Source of the DNA: Octopus bimaculoides
Lineage: Eukaryota
Direction: 5' to 3'
Assembly (NCBI RefSeq): GCF_001194135.2
Contig: NC_068992.1
Location: 28,745,221-28,809,220, forward strand
Length of the DNA stretch: 64,000 nucleotides
In this document: positions 25,701-39,088 of the stretch, piece after piece
Position numbering within the stretch: position 1 is the first letter of the stretch
Layout: the number at the start of each line of letters is the position of its first letter
Notes under the pieces: generated by a model
Told to the model about the DNA's origin: nothing
Seen by the model: the letters and a program-made list of their open reading frames with translations, nothing else
Databases searched by the model: none
Position numbers and translations under genes: made by a program

Positions 25701-26281
25701 TGGTTGGTGGAATTCTGGGTCTAAGCATCCCATATAACCAATCCCTCAAAATTATATTACTTAGAATTTTCAGAAAATTTTCTGAATCCGTGTTTTACAT
25801 ACAGGAATTCATGTGAAATAATTTTAAAAAAAGGACAAACTTTTTGTGCGTGATCTAAGGGTGATTTAACTGTTGTTTTTAATACATCCCAAGACTACCT
25901 GATACTTTCTTTGTCACTCTAACATGTATTGATGTTTTACAATATTTTTCTTCCCATAAATGCATTTTATGGAATGATGATACACCCAAGGGTAGTCCAT
26001 TGCTAGAATTTAAGCCAAAAATCTGGACTGTCTGTATTTTAAACTCTGATTTAAAAAGTAAATTTGAAAAAGAGTGGAGCTTTTAGGACNNNNNNNNNNN
26101 NNNNNNNNNNNNNNNNNNNNGGGGGGGGGGGGGGTGTAAAAATAAAAAATAATTAATTTTCATGTTTGTAAGAATTCCTGTGTGTAGAACATAAATTTGC
26201 AAAAATTTTCTGAAAATTCAAACAAATACAAAGATTATGAAGAGTTATATGGGGTGTTTAAACCAGAGTTCTGCCAGCCGG
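25701..26281. repeat. Diverged fold-back element with long inverted arms
   Basis: 25701-25830 matches the reverse complement of 26140-26281 (GAATTCTGG..TAA.CA.CCCATATAAC..GAATTTTCAGAAAATTTT..ACAGGAATTC); gap inside. Confidence 0.55.
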
Positions 26282-26529
26282 TTTAATTAGACAAGGTGTT
26301 GACATTCATACAACTATTTCAATATATATATATATATAAATAAAGATATGTAGTTATATGACTTTTAGCTTTAATTAGATCAAGTATGTACTGAAAACAA
26401 TTCCACTATGTAAAAAAAAAAATGTTAATTTATACATGCAGTTCATAGTTTCTATAGCTGGCAATCTACCCTGAGCAATTTTGTAGAAACTATGGTGTTT
26501 CTGAATTGCAATCTTTTGGCACATCTTTT

Positions 26530-26935
26530 ATCTTTTACTGGTTTCAGTCATTGGACTGTGACCATGCTGGGGCATCACCTTAAAGTGTTTAGTCAGACAA
26601 ATTGACTCCAGCACTCATTTTTTTAAAAGCCAGGTACTTATTCTATTGGTCTCTTTTGGCCAAGCCATTAAATTACAGGGACATAAACAAACCAACACCA
26701 GTTGTAAAACAAGGGCAGGGGACAAACACAAGGACACATTATATACACACACACACACACATACATACATGCATACATACAGCAGGCTTTTTCCAGTTTC
26801 CATCTACAAAATCCACTCAAAAGGCTTTGGTCAGCCTGAGACCATAGTAGAAGACATGCCCAAAGTACTATGCAGTGGGACTGAACCCAGAACTATGTGG
26901 CTTGGGAACTAACTTGTTAACACAGCTACACCTGC
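26530..26935 (-). mobile_element. SINE family A, full-length
   Basis: Reverse-complement similarity to 4922-5363. Confidence 0.85.
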
Positions 26936-27374
26936 AAAAAGTTGGCTTACAAGATCTGTTTCTTTCACTTTACTATACTGATATGATTATGGTACAGTTG
27001 CTCTAAAAGTTATTTCTTCATCATCTTCTTGACTGACTTTTTTCTCTTGTAGACTGTTGTTTGCCAGGTACTTGTCCAATGGCCAAGTGATTTTTAAAAA
27101 CAATTTTTAATGGCTTAGTCAGTGGAGGAAGTTATCCAAGGATTGAAGACCTAGCCAGAAAGGTTCCAATAGAGGGAACTGAAAATGTAAATATTTCCAA
27201 ATCTCTGAGATGTTACAATGGACAGGTGCTTTGATATAATACCTTGAGAATAGTAAAATGATAAATAACTCTTTCACTAGATAAGATACCAGCCTACCGC
27301 AGATTTTTAATATTTATAGATGATCCAATATCTATTGCTATACACTTGAATGTATCTCTATATATTGGCAGAGG

Positions 27375-27755
27375 TGACTGCTGCAGAAATCAAGAAATCA
27401 TAGTCGTGGCTGATGCCAATGCCATGCCAGTGGTACATAAAAAGCACCGTTCAAGTATTGGGCCTCATGAAGGCAGTGACAAGTGACTGAGACCTTTGGT
27501 GATAAACCGTGCTTCAGAAGATATGTCAAGCCAAGTGAGATTGTAGTTGTGGCCAATGCTGGTATCATGTCAAAAGGCACCTGTGCCAGTGGCATGTAAA
27601 AAATACCCACTACACTCTTGGAAGGGCATCCAGCCATAGAGACCATGCCAAATTAGACTGGAACTTAGTGCAGCTCCCCGGCGTACCAGTTTTCAGTGAA
27701 ACTGTCCAACCCATGCCAGCATGGAAAGTGGACATTAAATGATGATGATGATGAT
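27375..27755 (+). mobile_element. RTE-type 3' region with (GAT)n tail
   Basis: Shares GCAATGAC.AGTGACTGAGACCTTTGG and the tail with 29129-29722. Confidence 0.7.
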
Positions 27756-27849
27756 ATAACAGTCTAAACTTGAGTGCATCATCATATCGGAGTGCATCAA
27801 TCAAATTTGATTGTATTATTGCATGTTGATAGATGTGACTGCCCATATG

Positions 27850-28055
27850 AAAATGCATTATCACATAGTAGTAACTGACAACAACCAGCACTGAAGTGCA
27901 TTATCAAATACTGACAAATAACAACAGCCAACAGAGAGGTGCATTATAACATTCATAAATGACAACAGCCTACACTGAAGAGCATTATCACATAAGTGAC
28001 AACAGTCTACACAGAAGTGCTTTATCGAATATTAACAACAGCTGACAATACAAAC
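27850..28055. repeat. Diverged ~37-bp minisatellite, about 5 units
   Basis: Recurring TGACAACAGCCTACACTGAAG(T/A)GCATTATCA. Confidence 0.7.
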
Positions 28056-28129
28056 AAGCAAAAGGAAGAAAATAAAAAGTGAGAGGGGACTCAAACCTCT
28101 TCTTTGTATGTTGGTTTCATCTTAACACC

Positions 28130-28350
28130 ACTGTTGATACCATGTAAAAAGCACTTGTGCCAGTGCCATGTAGTAGTGCTTGTGCCGGTGCCACATAAAA
28201 GCATCTTGGCACATTTCGTAAAGTGGTTGGCATTAAGAAAGGCATCCAACTGTAGAAACCATGCCAAATCTGTCTGGACTCCGGTGCAACTCTCCAGCTT
28301 GCCAGCCCAAGCCAACCTGTACAACCCATGCCAGTTTGGAAAACGGACGT

Positions 28351-28395
<45 letters not shown>
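28130..28395 (+). mobile_element. RTE-type 3' tail with expanded (GAT)n
   Basis: GGCATTAAGAAAGGCATCCAACTGTAGAAACC core; (GAT)n at about 28351-28393. Confidence 0.75.
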
Positions 28396-28923
28396 ATCTT
28401 AATAGGTACACTGGTCTGTGTTGTTGTTTAACCTCCAAGTCAACCCTGATGGAGTATACTAATGGTCAAAGTCATTCCAGCCATGACTGTCCAGCATTTG
28501 CAATTACACTGTACCTTAGAAACACTATCAATGTATCCCAAATTAAAGCTGTAATTTGAGGGGGGTTTGGCTGGTGTTTTGAACAGGTTGATCAACCACC
28601 TAGAAGATTCCATGTTGAGAAAAAAAGATAGAGGGAGGAGTAAGAGGAGAAAAATAGAATCATTATTTTGTGGTGTGTGTACATGTGCGTCATTGTTGAA
28701 GACTGTGTTGGAGTGATGGTGGCGAGAGTGTCAGAAAAATCAATACAGTGAGTAAAAAGTTAGTCACCAAACAGCTGCTGCCACCTGGAGACAAATGTTA
28801 AAAACAAAAATCCGCCCCCACCCCAAAAAAACAGATCAACAAACACACACAATCCACCAAGTAAGCAGCAGAACTAGATCTCTTCGAATCCTGTCTCTGT
28901 TATGAGTACCTCTGGTAATATGC

Positions 28924-29017
<94 letters not shown>

Positions 29018-29128
29018 TATAATATACATACATACATAACATACTTAGATACACATACATATAATATACATGCATACATATATTATATATACATACATAT
29101 ATATAATATACAAACATATGAGCAACAG

Positions 29129-29722
29129 ATGTAGTGTGCAAGAGAGATGACTGCACTGGTATGGTCATGTGTTGTGTATGGATGGGGACAGCTGTGTGAA
29201 GAAGTGACACACACTAACAGTGGAGGGAACCTGTGGAAGAAGTAGACCCAGGAAGATATGGGATGATGTGGTGAAGCATGACCTTCGAACATTGGGCCTC
29301 ACAGAGGCAATGACTAGTGACTGAGACCTTTGGAGATATGCTGTGCTTGAGAAGACCCGGCAAGCCAAGAGAGATCATAGCTGTGGCTGATGCCAGTGTC
29401 GCATAACTGGCCCATTTAAGAGTACACTTGATGCGTTGGGCGATATGCTGTGCTTGAGATGACCTGTTAGGTCAAGTGAAATCATTGTCATGGTTGATGC
29501 CAGTGCTGCCTGACTGGCCCCCATGCTGGTGGCATGTAAAATGCACCCGATACACTCTCAGAGTGGTTGGCATTAGTAAGAACACTCAGCTGTAGAAACC
29601 TTGCCAGAACAGATTGGAGCTTGGTGTAACCTCCAAGCTTGCCAGTCCTCAGTCAAACCATCCAACCCATGCCAGCATGGAAAGTGGATGTTAAACGATG
29701 ATGATGATGATGATGATGATGT
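29129..29722 (+). mobile_element. 5'-truncated RTE LINE (ORF C-terminus, 3'UTR, (GAT)n)
   Basis: SVQER*LHWYGHVLCMD..VEGTCGRSRPRKIWDDVVKHDLRTLGLTEAMTSD*DLWRYAVLEKTRQ, followed by the abundant tail. Confidence 0.85.
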
Positions 29723-30377
29723 ATCATCATCATCCCTCTCTTAGCCGAGAGATCCTAGTCTTGCAGGCTTGTAGGGCTGGTGCCACTTAAAAGTACCCAG
29801 CACACACTGTAAAGTGGTTGGTGTTAGGAAGGACTTCTAATGCTAGAAACCATGCCAAAACAGGCAAATGGAACCCAGCAGCTCTCCAGCTGGCCAACTC
29901 CTTCAAACCATTCAACCCATGCCAGCATGGAGAACGGACATTAAATGGTGATGACGATGATATATGTCATCATCATCATCATCATCATCTATATTTATGC
30001 CTGTTTTTGTAAACTGCTATGGATTGGATAAAATTTATTGATGCAGATTTTCTACAGAAGGATGTTTTATGCCTGTTGCCAAATACCACTCGTCTTTCAA
30101 ATGCAGGTATTTTTCATTCCATTGGTCTTTACATGTCTGCTGACCTACAAAGCATTTGTTTTATAGGAAAATGCAAACAATGTCACCATTTTTTTTTTAA
30201 CTTAGCTCAAATAGCGTTTATGATGATACTGAATCAATACACACACACAAAGTGTATGTGAGCACATTTGAATGTGTGCTGAAAAGAAATATTAATCAGA
30301 TCAATCCCCTTAGCTTCAGAGGGACCTACAAAAACCCTTCCCTTTTGACCAAATCCATAAAAAATTACATGTTTATG

Positions 30378-30413
<36 letters not shown>

Positions 30414-31184
30414 AATGTATAACCTATGCAGGCATGGTAAAGCAGGCATAAAGAAATGATGAAATGTTGACAAATATAGTTGAAGCTGACTGATCTTCCA
30501 TCACTTCAAGTTTCATGCTGGAGTGAACAGTTATCTTCAGATGATATATCAACAATCAATCGATCAATCAATATATATACATATCCGAGAGAGAAAAAGA
30601 AAACAACTATATTGATGGAGAGAAAAAGAGAGAGGAAGAAAAGAATTCTACTTGTGGCTTCTACACCTGATATTATTCGATGGAAAATAAAATGCCAAGT
30701 TACTTACTGCTGCTACCCCAACTACCTGTGGAGAGGATAAGAACCACAACAGCTCAATTTGCTATCCTTTGCCACATCAATTAAGTTTATTTTTGAAATG
30801 AAAGCAGATTTTACTGGTTACTCAGAACTCTGCTCCCATTTTTATAAAACAAGAGAATACAATCTGTCAAGTAGATTTCAATGTAAAACCAGTATTTATT
30901 TTATGATATGGCTTTTTACCCTTGCAGAAACCAGAGGGACAAAATGAAACAATTCATCAATATTCTATTGATTTTATCCCAACTACTCTATTATTATAAA
31001 TAACATTTAAAATAACAGGTACAAGGCCACAAATTTGCAGGAAGAAGTTATTTGGTTAAATCAGTTCCACTGTTTAACTTGTACTTGTTGACCTTAGGAG
31101 GACTAGAACAAATGCTATAAGGTTTTGTCCAACATTCTAACTCTGCCAACCCATTGCCCTTATAATAATGATGATGATTTCAAA

Positions 31185-31385
31185 TTTTGGCACAAGGCCA
31201 TCAATTTCTGGGGAGGGGTTAAGGCAATTACACCAACCCCAGTACTCAATCAGTACTTGTGTTATTGAACCCAAAAGGATGAAAGGCAAAGTCAACCTCA
31301 GTGGAATTTGAACTCAGAACATAAAGACAGATGAAAGCCCACCAAGCATTTTGCTCAGCATGCTAATGACTCCGCTAGCTTGCTG

Positions 31386-31390
<5 letters not shown>
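31185..31390 (-). mobile_element. SINE family B
   Basis: Reverse complement of the 8268-8490 consensus. Confidence 0.8.
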
Positions 31391-31429
<39 letters not shown>

Positions 31430-31431
31430 TT

Positions 31432-31980
31432 AACACCTTTATCTGACATGCTAAATAGAACTAGATGCACATACAAATGTTACGGCAAAACAATCATCCA
31501 CCTCTTATATATGGATGACCTAAAACGATATGCTACAAATGATAAACAGCTGGAAACACTACTACAGACAGTACATGGATTTAACAAAGAAATAAATGTG
31601 AAATTTGGCTTAGAAAAATGTGCCAAAGTAACCTTGAAAAGAGGAAAATTAGTTAAGAGTAGCAACATCACACTAGATAGAGCCAATGAAATAAGAGAAT
31701 TAGACTAAAGCCAGACATACAAATATTTAGGAATCAATGAACTAGATATGATACAACACACACAAATGAAAGAGAAAATAAAGAAAGAATACTATAGAAG
31801 AGTTAGATCAATACTGAAAACAGAGTTCAATGCTAAAAACAAGATAATAGGTATGAACACTTTAGCCATCCCAGTTATAAGTTACAGCTACAATATCCTT
31901 AACAGGACACTAAATGAACTAACTAAAATACACAGAAAACCAAGAAAAATAATGACAGGATCTAAGATGCACCACTTTTT
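31432..31980 (+). pseudogene. R4/Dong-like non-LTR RT fragment
   Basis: IHLLYMDDLKRYA..FGLEKCAK..YKYLGI..EYYRRVRSILKTEFNAKNKI..NTLAIPVISYS. Confidence 0.85.
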
Positions 31981-33459
31981 CGGAGGATGGGATAAACTGG
32001 TTACATTGACCCATGTTCAACTGCTACTTATTTTATTGACCTCAAAAGGATGAAAGCATTTTGTCTGGTATGTTAATGATTCTGCCAGCTTGACACCTTA
32101 ATAAAAATAATAATAATATTAATAATAATAAGTCATTTTTGATTTCTAGAGATGGCTACAATTTTTAGAGCTTAGGATAGAATACCTTATGGTATTCATT
32201 CTAACTGTTTAGTGAGTTCAAATCCTGCTATGGTCAATTTTGCTTTTCACTCTCCCAGAGTTGATAAATAAAACAACAGCCCAGTACAGGGATCAATTCT
32301 ACCCTCTCTCTCTGAATTGTACCCCTTACTGAAAGCTCCAAGCTTGTCACATTCTGTCATGCTGATTTGGCCCCAGAACTGCATAAAGGAACTCATGTTA
32401 GAGATATACTAAGCTGCTTGTCCATTAATTTCATGAATAGGAATGAAGTTGATTGAAACAACTGAATGCTCATCATTGAGACTGACGGAGAATCAATTCA
32501 CAAAAGCACTAAGATAAACATATAATAAGAAGTGAGAGAAAGATGAAGCAAAAATGTTGGGTGGAGAATAAGAGAGAGAGAGAGAGAGAGAGAAAGGGAA
32601 AAGTGAGGAAGAATGAGAAAGGGAAAACAGAGGGAGAGAGAGGTGTTGTACATACAAATTTTATAGTTTTAAACATAAATATTTGAAAATAAAATTTACA
32701 AAAGCAATACACTACATCCTGCTGTCATTTCTGTCAGTCTTATACACAAACACACACACACACACAGACAACAATAGTAAAAATATTAAAAACAAAACAA
32801 AAACTGAAGTAAAAATATGAGGGATAACTAGCTACTTAGAAGGGATCAAGGTTACCTCTTTCTAACAGAGAGAAATGCAGACACAAAAACATCCCAAGAG
32901 ATACATAACACACACACACACACACACACACAGATGTAGAATACTGTGAGTGATTTAAGCATCAGATCCAAAGATGTCAAGGCGCAGCATGTACTATGAC
33001 TATAACACACAACTCCTTAACAGCATGTTGAACAGATAGAAAGTGTTTAAATGCTCACAATAACAAAACAGATATAAATGAGAAAAGAAAATACAAGACA
33101 GTAATGATGTCACAAAACTCAATAATGATTAAGTTCTTATAAAAAGCAGAAGCTGTTTAGTGAAAGAAACTAAGAACAGAAGAGATCAAACATGATTTTG
33201 TGGCTACAAAAGAAGTTGTATGAAAATGATATTGTGACACATGTAAGCATACATGTTTTATATAGGACCCACATCACAGGTATATCCACATTCATAGAGA
33301 CGCATGTACACCCACATATACACAGAAATATATTTATAACATAGACCGTTTGCATAAAGATATTTATCATACAGAACTCACAAAGGAACCAATCAAGCTA
33401 CATTATCTATTTCTCTCATATATATGTATTACTGTTGTTGTTATCATCATTATTATTAA

Positions 33460-33680
33460 CCCTTTAGCATTTAAACCGGCCATATCCGGCCCAAAGTATT
33501 CTGCCTGCTTTATGTTCAAACTGGCCAGATCTGGTCTCTCACACTAACCCTACAATATTGTTTTAAAAATTAACAGCTACCTCATCAAAATCTCATAGCT
33601 ACAAGATAATGTGTGATTAGTTCAAAACAATGTAGATGAAAAAGCATTAATTTTGGCAGAATAATGTGAACACTAAAGGG
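33460..33680. mobile_element. piggyBac-like MITE family 2
   Basis: TTAA|CCCTTTAGCATT ... AACACTAAAGGG|TTAA. Confidence 0.85.
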
Positions 33681-33684
33681 TTAA

Positions 33685-34300
33685 GGCAGTGAGCTGGCAG
33701 AATCCTTAGTGTGCCAGGCAAAATGCTTAGCGATATTTCATCCGCCTTTATGTTCTAAGTTCAAATTCCATTGAGGTTGACTTTGCCCTTCATCCTTTTG
33801 AGGGTCGATAAAATAAGTACCAGTTGAGCACTGGGGTCAATGTAATTGATGTACCCCCACCAAACTGCTGGTTTTGTGCCAAAATTTAAAACTATTAAGG
33901 CACTCAAGCAAAATGCTTAGCAGCATTTCATCTGTCTTTATGTTCAAATTCTGCTGAGGTCGGCTTTGTTCTTCATCCATTCAGGGTCAATAAAGTAAGT
34001 ACCAGTTTAGAACTGGGATCAATGTAATTGATTTAAACCCTCCCCCAAAATTACTGGTCTAGTGCTAAACTTTGAAACTACTATTATTAAGGCGATGACC
34101 CGCCAGAACTATTACTGCACTGAACAAAATGCTTAGCAACATTTCTTCTTGCTTTATATTCTGAGTTCAAATACTGCTGAGGTTGACTTTGCATTTCATC
34201 CTTTTGGGGCTGATGAAATAAGTCCCAGTAGAGCATTGGGGCTGATGCAACCAACTACCTCTTCCCACCAAATTTCAGGCCTTGTGCCTATAGTAGAAAG
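33685..34300 (+). mobile_element. Three head-to-tail SINE family B copies
   Basis: Units start near 33685, 33900 and 34090, each with a GTTCAAAT B-box-like motif and GACTTTG..TTTCATCC. Confidence 0.75.
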
Positions 34301-34326
34301 GATTATTATTATTATTGTTATTATTA

Positions 34327-34674
34327 CACACAACAGATTAAACTGTTGGAAAATAGAAGTTCCTAACATCAGGCTACAACAAGTAACTTTAGATGCCAAG
34401 AACTCTCGTAAGTATTCAAGCTGTCCCTAATAACACTTTTTTTTTCTGGAGCTGTACTAAACTAGGTTTTATGATGATTTCCTCTATCCATCTTTAGGAA
34501 TAGTTCCTACTGCACCTATAACAACAGGGATACATTTTACCTGCACTATCCATAGCTTCTGTACCACAATGGCAAAGTCCTGCAATTTTACTACTTTCTC
34601 TATACCCCTCAAATCGACTTTCTCATCATTTGGGACAATAAAGTCAATTATATGGCACCTTCTATTCTCTTTAT

Positions 34675-34728
<54 letters not shown>

Positions 34729-34965
34729 AATCAGGCCTTCTAGCTTCTATTACTCTGTCCATCTGAATGCTGAAGTCCCACATCTTATATTTCTTACTTT
34801 CTAGTACTTTACTAGGTTCATGTTCATACCATTTATCAGTATGGTCAAATCCTAGCTTTCTACATCACTCCCAATGGATTACTCTCCCTAGGTTATCATG
34901 TCTTTTCTTGCATTCTTTCTGTACCAGTGTACTACATTCACGAGTAACACTTTCTTCTTTTGATT
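34327..34965 (-). mobile_element. 5'-truncated R4/Dong-like LINE (REL endonuclease + 3'UTR)
   Basis: RHDNLGRVIHWE..KWYEHEP..WDFSIQMDRVIEARRPDL(V)nDK..CHIIDF..EK..KLQD..LW..PVVIGAVG; (TAA)n-like tracts at both ends. Confidence 0.85.
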
Positions 34966-35384
34966 TACATTATTATCATCATCATTATTATTTGGTAACA
35001 GTTTTCACTCAGCTCAATGCATCTTAAAGTTTCATAGGCTCCAGGTATCTGGAGATCAAATAACGAGATGAGAGAACTACCTACCAACATCCTGTCCCAC
35101 CATATGGACCTAAGAACCAAGAACTTATGTTGCTTCCATACCAATAACACCATGTAACCAGAGTGACCAATAGAGGCCTAAAATCTAGAAGCCATCTTGA
35201 ATTTGTATGATCAATGTTACTTGATCTTCAGATGTCTTGTGAGTTAAGTTTGTTCTAAACTTTAAGTTGCATAGGGCTGAGTCAAACTGTTATTAAATAT
35301 TACATGTAACTATCAAATGTGTTGAGTATCACTTTCTTTTGCTTATCCATCTTACTCTCATATGTCTGTCTGTGTGGATATAGG

Positions 35385-35760
35385 TGCAGGCATGGCTGTA
35401 TGGCAAGAAGTTTCTTTCTCAACCATATAGCTTTTGGGGTCAGTTCCCACAACACAGCACCTAATGTGTCTTCTACTATAGCCTTGAGCTGACCAAAACC
35501 TTCCAAGTAGATTTGGTAGATCAAATACACACACACACACATATTTATGTGTGTGTGTGTATTTGCATTTATTCTGCACAACAGCTTGGCAACTGGTGTT
35601 TATTTGTATACATCTCTGTAAGTTAGTGGTTTGGCGAAAAAAACAATCTGCATAAGTACCAAACTTCAACAAAAAAAAAAGTGCTGGGGTCAATTTGTTC
35701 AATTAAACCCTTCAAGATGGTGCCTCAGCATGGCCACAGTCCAACAAATGAAACAGAATA
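35385..35760 (+). mobile_element. SINE family A
   Basis: Head, linker and 3' part colinear with 4922-5363. Confidence 0.8.
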
Positions 35761-36730
35761 CAAACATACACTCACATGCACATACACACACAATTTTGGA
35801 GGTGTATTTGCCAGGTAAATGATTTGATATTTGATCTGAGATTGTCTGCTGAAAGTAAAACAATTACAGCATAGAAGATATATATTAACCATTTCAAAAC
35901 ACACAAAGACTGTCAACTTTACTTAAGCTTTTGACAGTTTCAATAAAGTTGATAGTCTCTGCATGTTTTTTAATGGCTAATATAAGTTTTCCACGTAATT
36001 ATAAATAATGTATTTTAAGCTGAAATTTCATAGATCATGGCAGAGTTTCACATTTTATTGATCCTACAGCAATTGAAAATAAAAAAAAAAAGATCAAAAT
36101 ATCGTATATATGAAATAAGAACCCTATAGTTAAGTTCCAGAAAAGATCTTATTGAATTATTCAAAGGCTAACACCTAAAGATTACAGCTGATAGAAATTC
36201 AAATGAAGTTCATTTTAATTTTAGACATTATTTGAGATTTAGAAACAGATAAACACTCTCTTTTTAGGAAGCCAAATAAGAATTAATTACGGTACATAGA
36301 TATGGTTTCAAATCATCCACACGCTATTATTAATAATTTAGTGAAAATGTATACAGTTATCCAGTATTTTATCAATCAACCTTCAAGAAAGCGCCCTTTT
36401 ATTATAATGAAGGGGTGAGATGCAATGGTTTTAAGAATACAATTAAATCATAAATAACAACATTAATTGTCAGAAATGGAATAAAAGAAAACATAAAACT
36501 CTTTGATTTAATGCTCTATTCAGTCTCAATGAATACCAATCTGGTTAAACATTTCTTATTAGATAAGTATTTTCTGAAAAATTATGAATACCATAAGATT
36601 TTTAAAATAAGAATTAAGTTATAGTTGAGGACATAATTCTGCTACAGAAAAAAGCAAACATTAGTAAAAACCTCAAATAGTTATCTATACAGTAATTAAC
36701 AGCCAATTCTTGTTTGCGTAATTGTTTTAA

Positions 36731-36950
36731 CCCTTTAGTTACTGTATTTATTTTGCGATGCTCTGTGTTTCTTTCAATTACTTTAAGCATAACAAAGTGT
36801 TTAGTGAAATAACTTAGTTATCATTCAGCTAGTGTTAGGAACATAAATTGTGACTAAGATTTGGTGGAAGATTTTAATTCAAAACTTATGAAAACAAGAC
36901 GTTTGTACTCAGAGCCAGAGCTGGATTTAGCTGGGCTGGTAACGAAAGGG
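36731..36950. mobile_element. piggyBac-like MITE family 1
   Basis: TTAA|CCCTTTAGTTAC ... GTAACGAAAGGG|TTAA. Confidence 0.85.
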
Positions 36951-37344
36951 TTAAACTAATTAAAACTTGTAAGTTCCCCGTTAAATAATTTGTCTTTCAA
37001 ACTGATAGTTTACTTGTTAACATCAGGATATGGTAGATGGCGCTCTTGTCAAATGATGATACAGTGTCATTCTCTACTGATATTGGCTGCTAAATTTCAG
37101 TAGAGAATTTAGCAGCCCTTCCATCTAGCTCCTACAGTTTCAGAGGGGGGAAAAAGCATCTCGAATGTTTATTTCCCCTGAGAAGGTATTATACAATTAA
37201 TAATTCAGTTTCTAAGGATTATCTTGGATTGACTAAAAAAATCCTTTTTGAGTTAAGAATCCGTCAGCATGATACTTTCAAAAATCCTGAAACATCTTTG
37301 GACCAAAGTTTACCCAAATGCAACTGGTCTTTAAGAAATAATCC

Positions 37345-37555
37345 TTTCTATTACAGGCACAAGGCCTGGAATTTGGGGGAGGGGAATAGTCAATTACATC
37401 AACCCCAGTACTCAACTGGTACTTATTTTATTGACCCTGAAAGGATGAAAGGCAAAGTCGACCTCAGCAGAATTTGAACTCAGAACGTAAGGATGGACAA
37501 AATGCTGCTATGCGTTTTGTCTGGTGTGCTAATGATTCAGCCAGTTCACTACCTT
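37345..37555 (-). mobile_element. SINE family B
   Basis: Reverse complement of family B. Confidence 0.8.
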
Positions 37556-38308
37556 AGTCTTTAAGAAATAATGAAACCAGAAACTAAAAATGTACTCTTA
37601 TGACTATCAGCCCTTCCTGATTATTCACTTCCACACTCTTCTATTCACCTTCTGAAACATGTTAACCTGAGGGCACATTCTGGAACCTCTCCAACTCCGT
37701 ATTTACCTATCTTTCTGGTATCACTCTGGTCCCTCCACATATGTAAAATGAAAGGTAGTCATGAATCTACTCCACAACAATAAACCTGTCCTTGCTATTC
37801 TCATCATACTTTAATCTTTCAACACCTTACATAAAGTGACCACCCTATTTCTATTGTTTCTCTAAGTTGAGGGGTGGGGTGTGCTTTCTGGTCCTGTGAG
37901 TTACAAGGTCACTTCACTAGTGTGTGGGTAACATGCAAAAAAAAAATGTACCCAATACATACTGTGAACTCGTTGACATTAGAAAGGTATCCTGTCATAG
38001 AAACCTTGCCAAAACAAGAGCAAAACGTGATCCTCCAATTCAGTGGATCCCATCAAAGTGACTAACATGACAGCATAGAAAGTGAAGGTAAGGTGATGGT
38101 GATGATGATAATATGATGATGATGATGATGATGTGTGTGTGAGTGTGTGTGCGTGTGTGTGTCAACAGGTGAGGGCTGGGAACAAGAAAGTGACAATCCA
38201 ACCATAAAAAATGTCCCAACAAATTTCGTCAGACCCATGCCAGCTTGAAAAGTAGCCATTAAATGATTATAATGGTTATGATATACACACACATTCATAT
38301 ATATGAGC

Positions 38309-38350
<42 letters not shown>

Positions 38351-38719
38351 ACACACAGACATACACGCACAAATTTCTAAACCAGTTTACTCTCCATATA
38401 CGNNNNNNNNNNNNNNNNNNNNNNNNNNNNNNNNNNNNNNNNNNNNNNNNNNNNNNNNNNNNNNNNNNNNNNNNNNNNNNNNNNNNNNNNNNNNNNNNNN
38501 NNNNNNNNNNNNNNNNNNNNNNNNNNNNNNNNNNNNNNNNNNNNNNNNNNNNNNNNNNNNNNNNNNNNNNNNNNNNNNNNNNNNNNNNNNNNNNNNNNNN
38601 NNNNNNNNNNNNNNNNNNNNNNNNNNNNNNNNNNNNNNNNNNNNNNNNNNNNNNNNNNNNNNNNNNNNNNNNNNNNNNNNNNNNNNNNNNNNNNNNNNNN
38701 NNNNNNNNNNNNNNNNNNN

Positions 38720-38761
<42 letters not shown>

Positions 38762-39049
38762 TTACAGTCGTGTGTGTATATGTCTGTGTATGTGCTTATG
38801 CCTCTCCAAAAGAGAGAGAGAGGGGATATGTTGATGTCTAAGAATATACATACACAGACAAAACACACAAACTCAGAGTCCCATCACCACCAGCCACCTT
38901 CTCACCTTTCTCTCACACACACATATGTATCCACATTCTTTACTATGATTATATTTATCCTTAAATTCAAACAAACAAAATGTATATACTGCACTGGATC
39001 AATATTTCTCTATAGTTTAGAATTATGGACTTTGAAGACAACAACAGCA

Positions 39050-39088
<39 letters not shown>

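Noticed and set aside
26090-26134. Poly-G tract / G-quadruplex
   Set aside because: Abuts an N gap; may be a sequencing or assembly artefact.
37031-37045. TAGATGGCGCT, CTCF-core-like motif
   Set aside because: The 5' half of the motif does not match; a single short hit.
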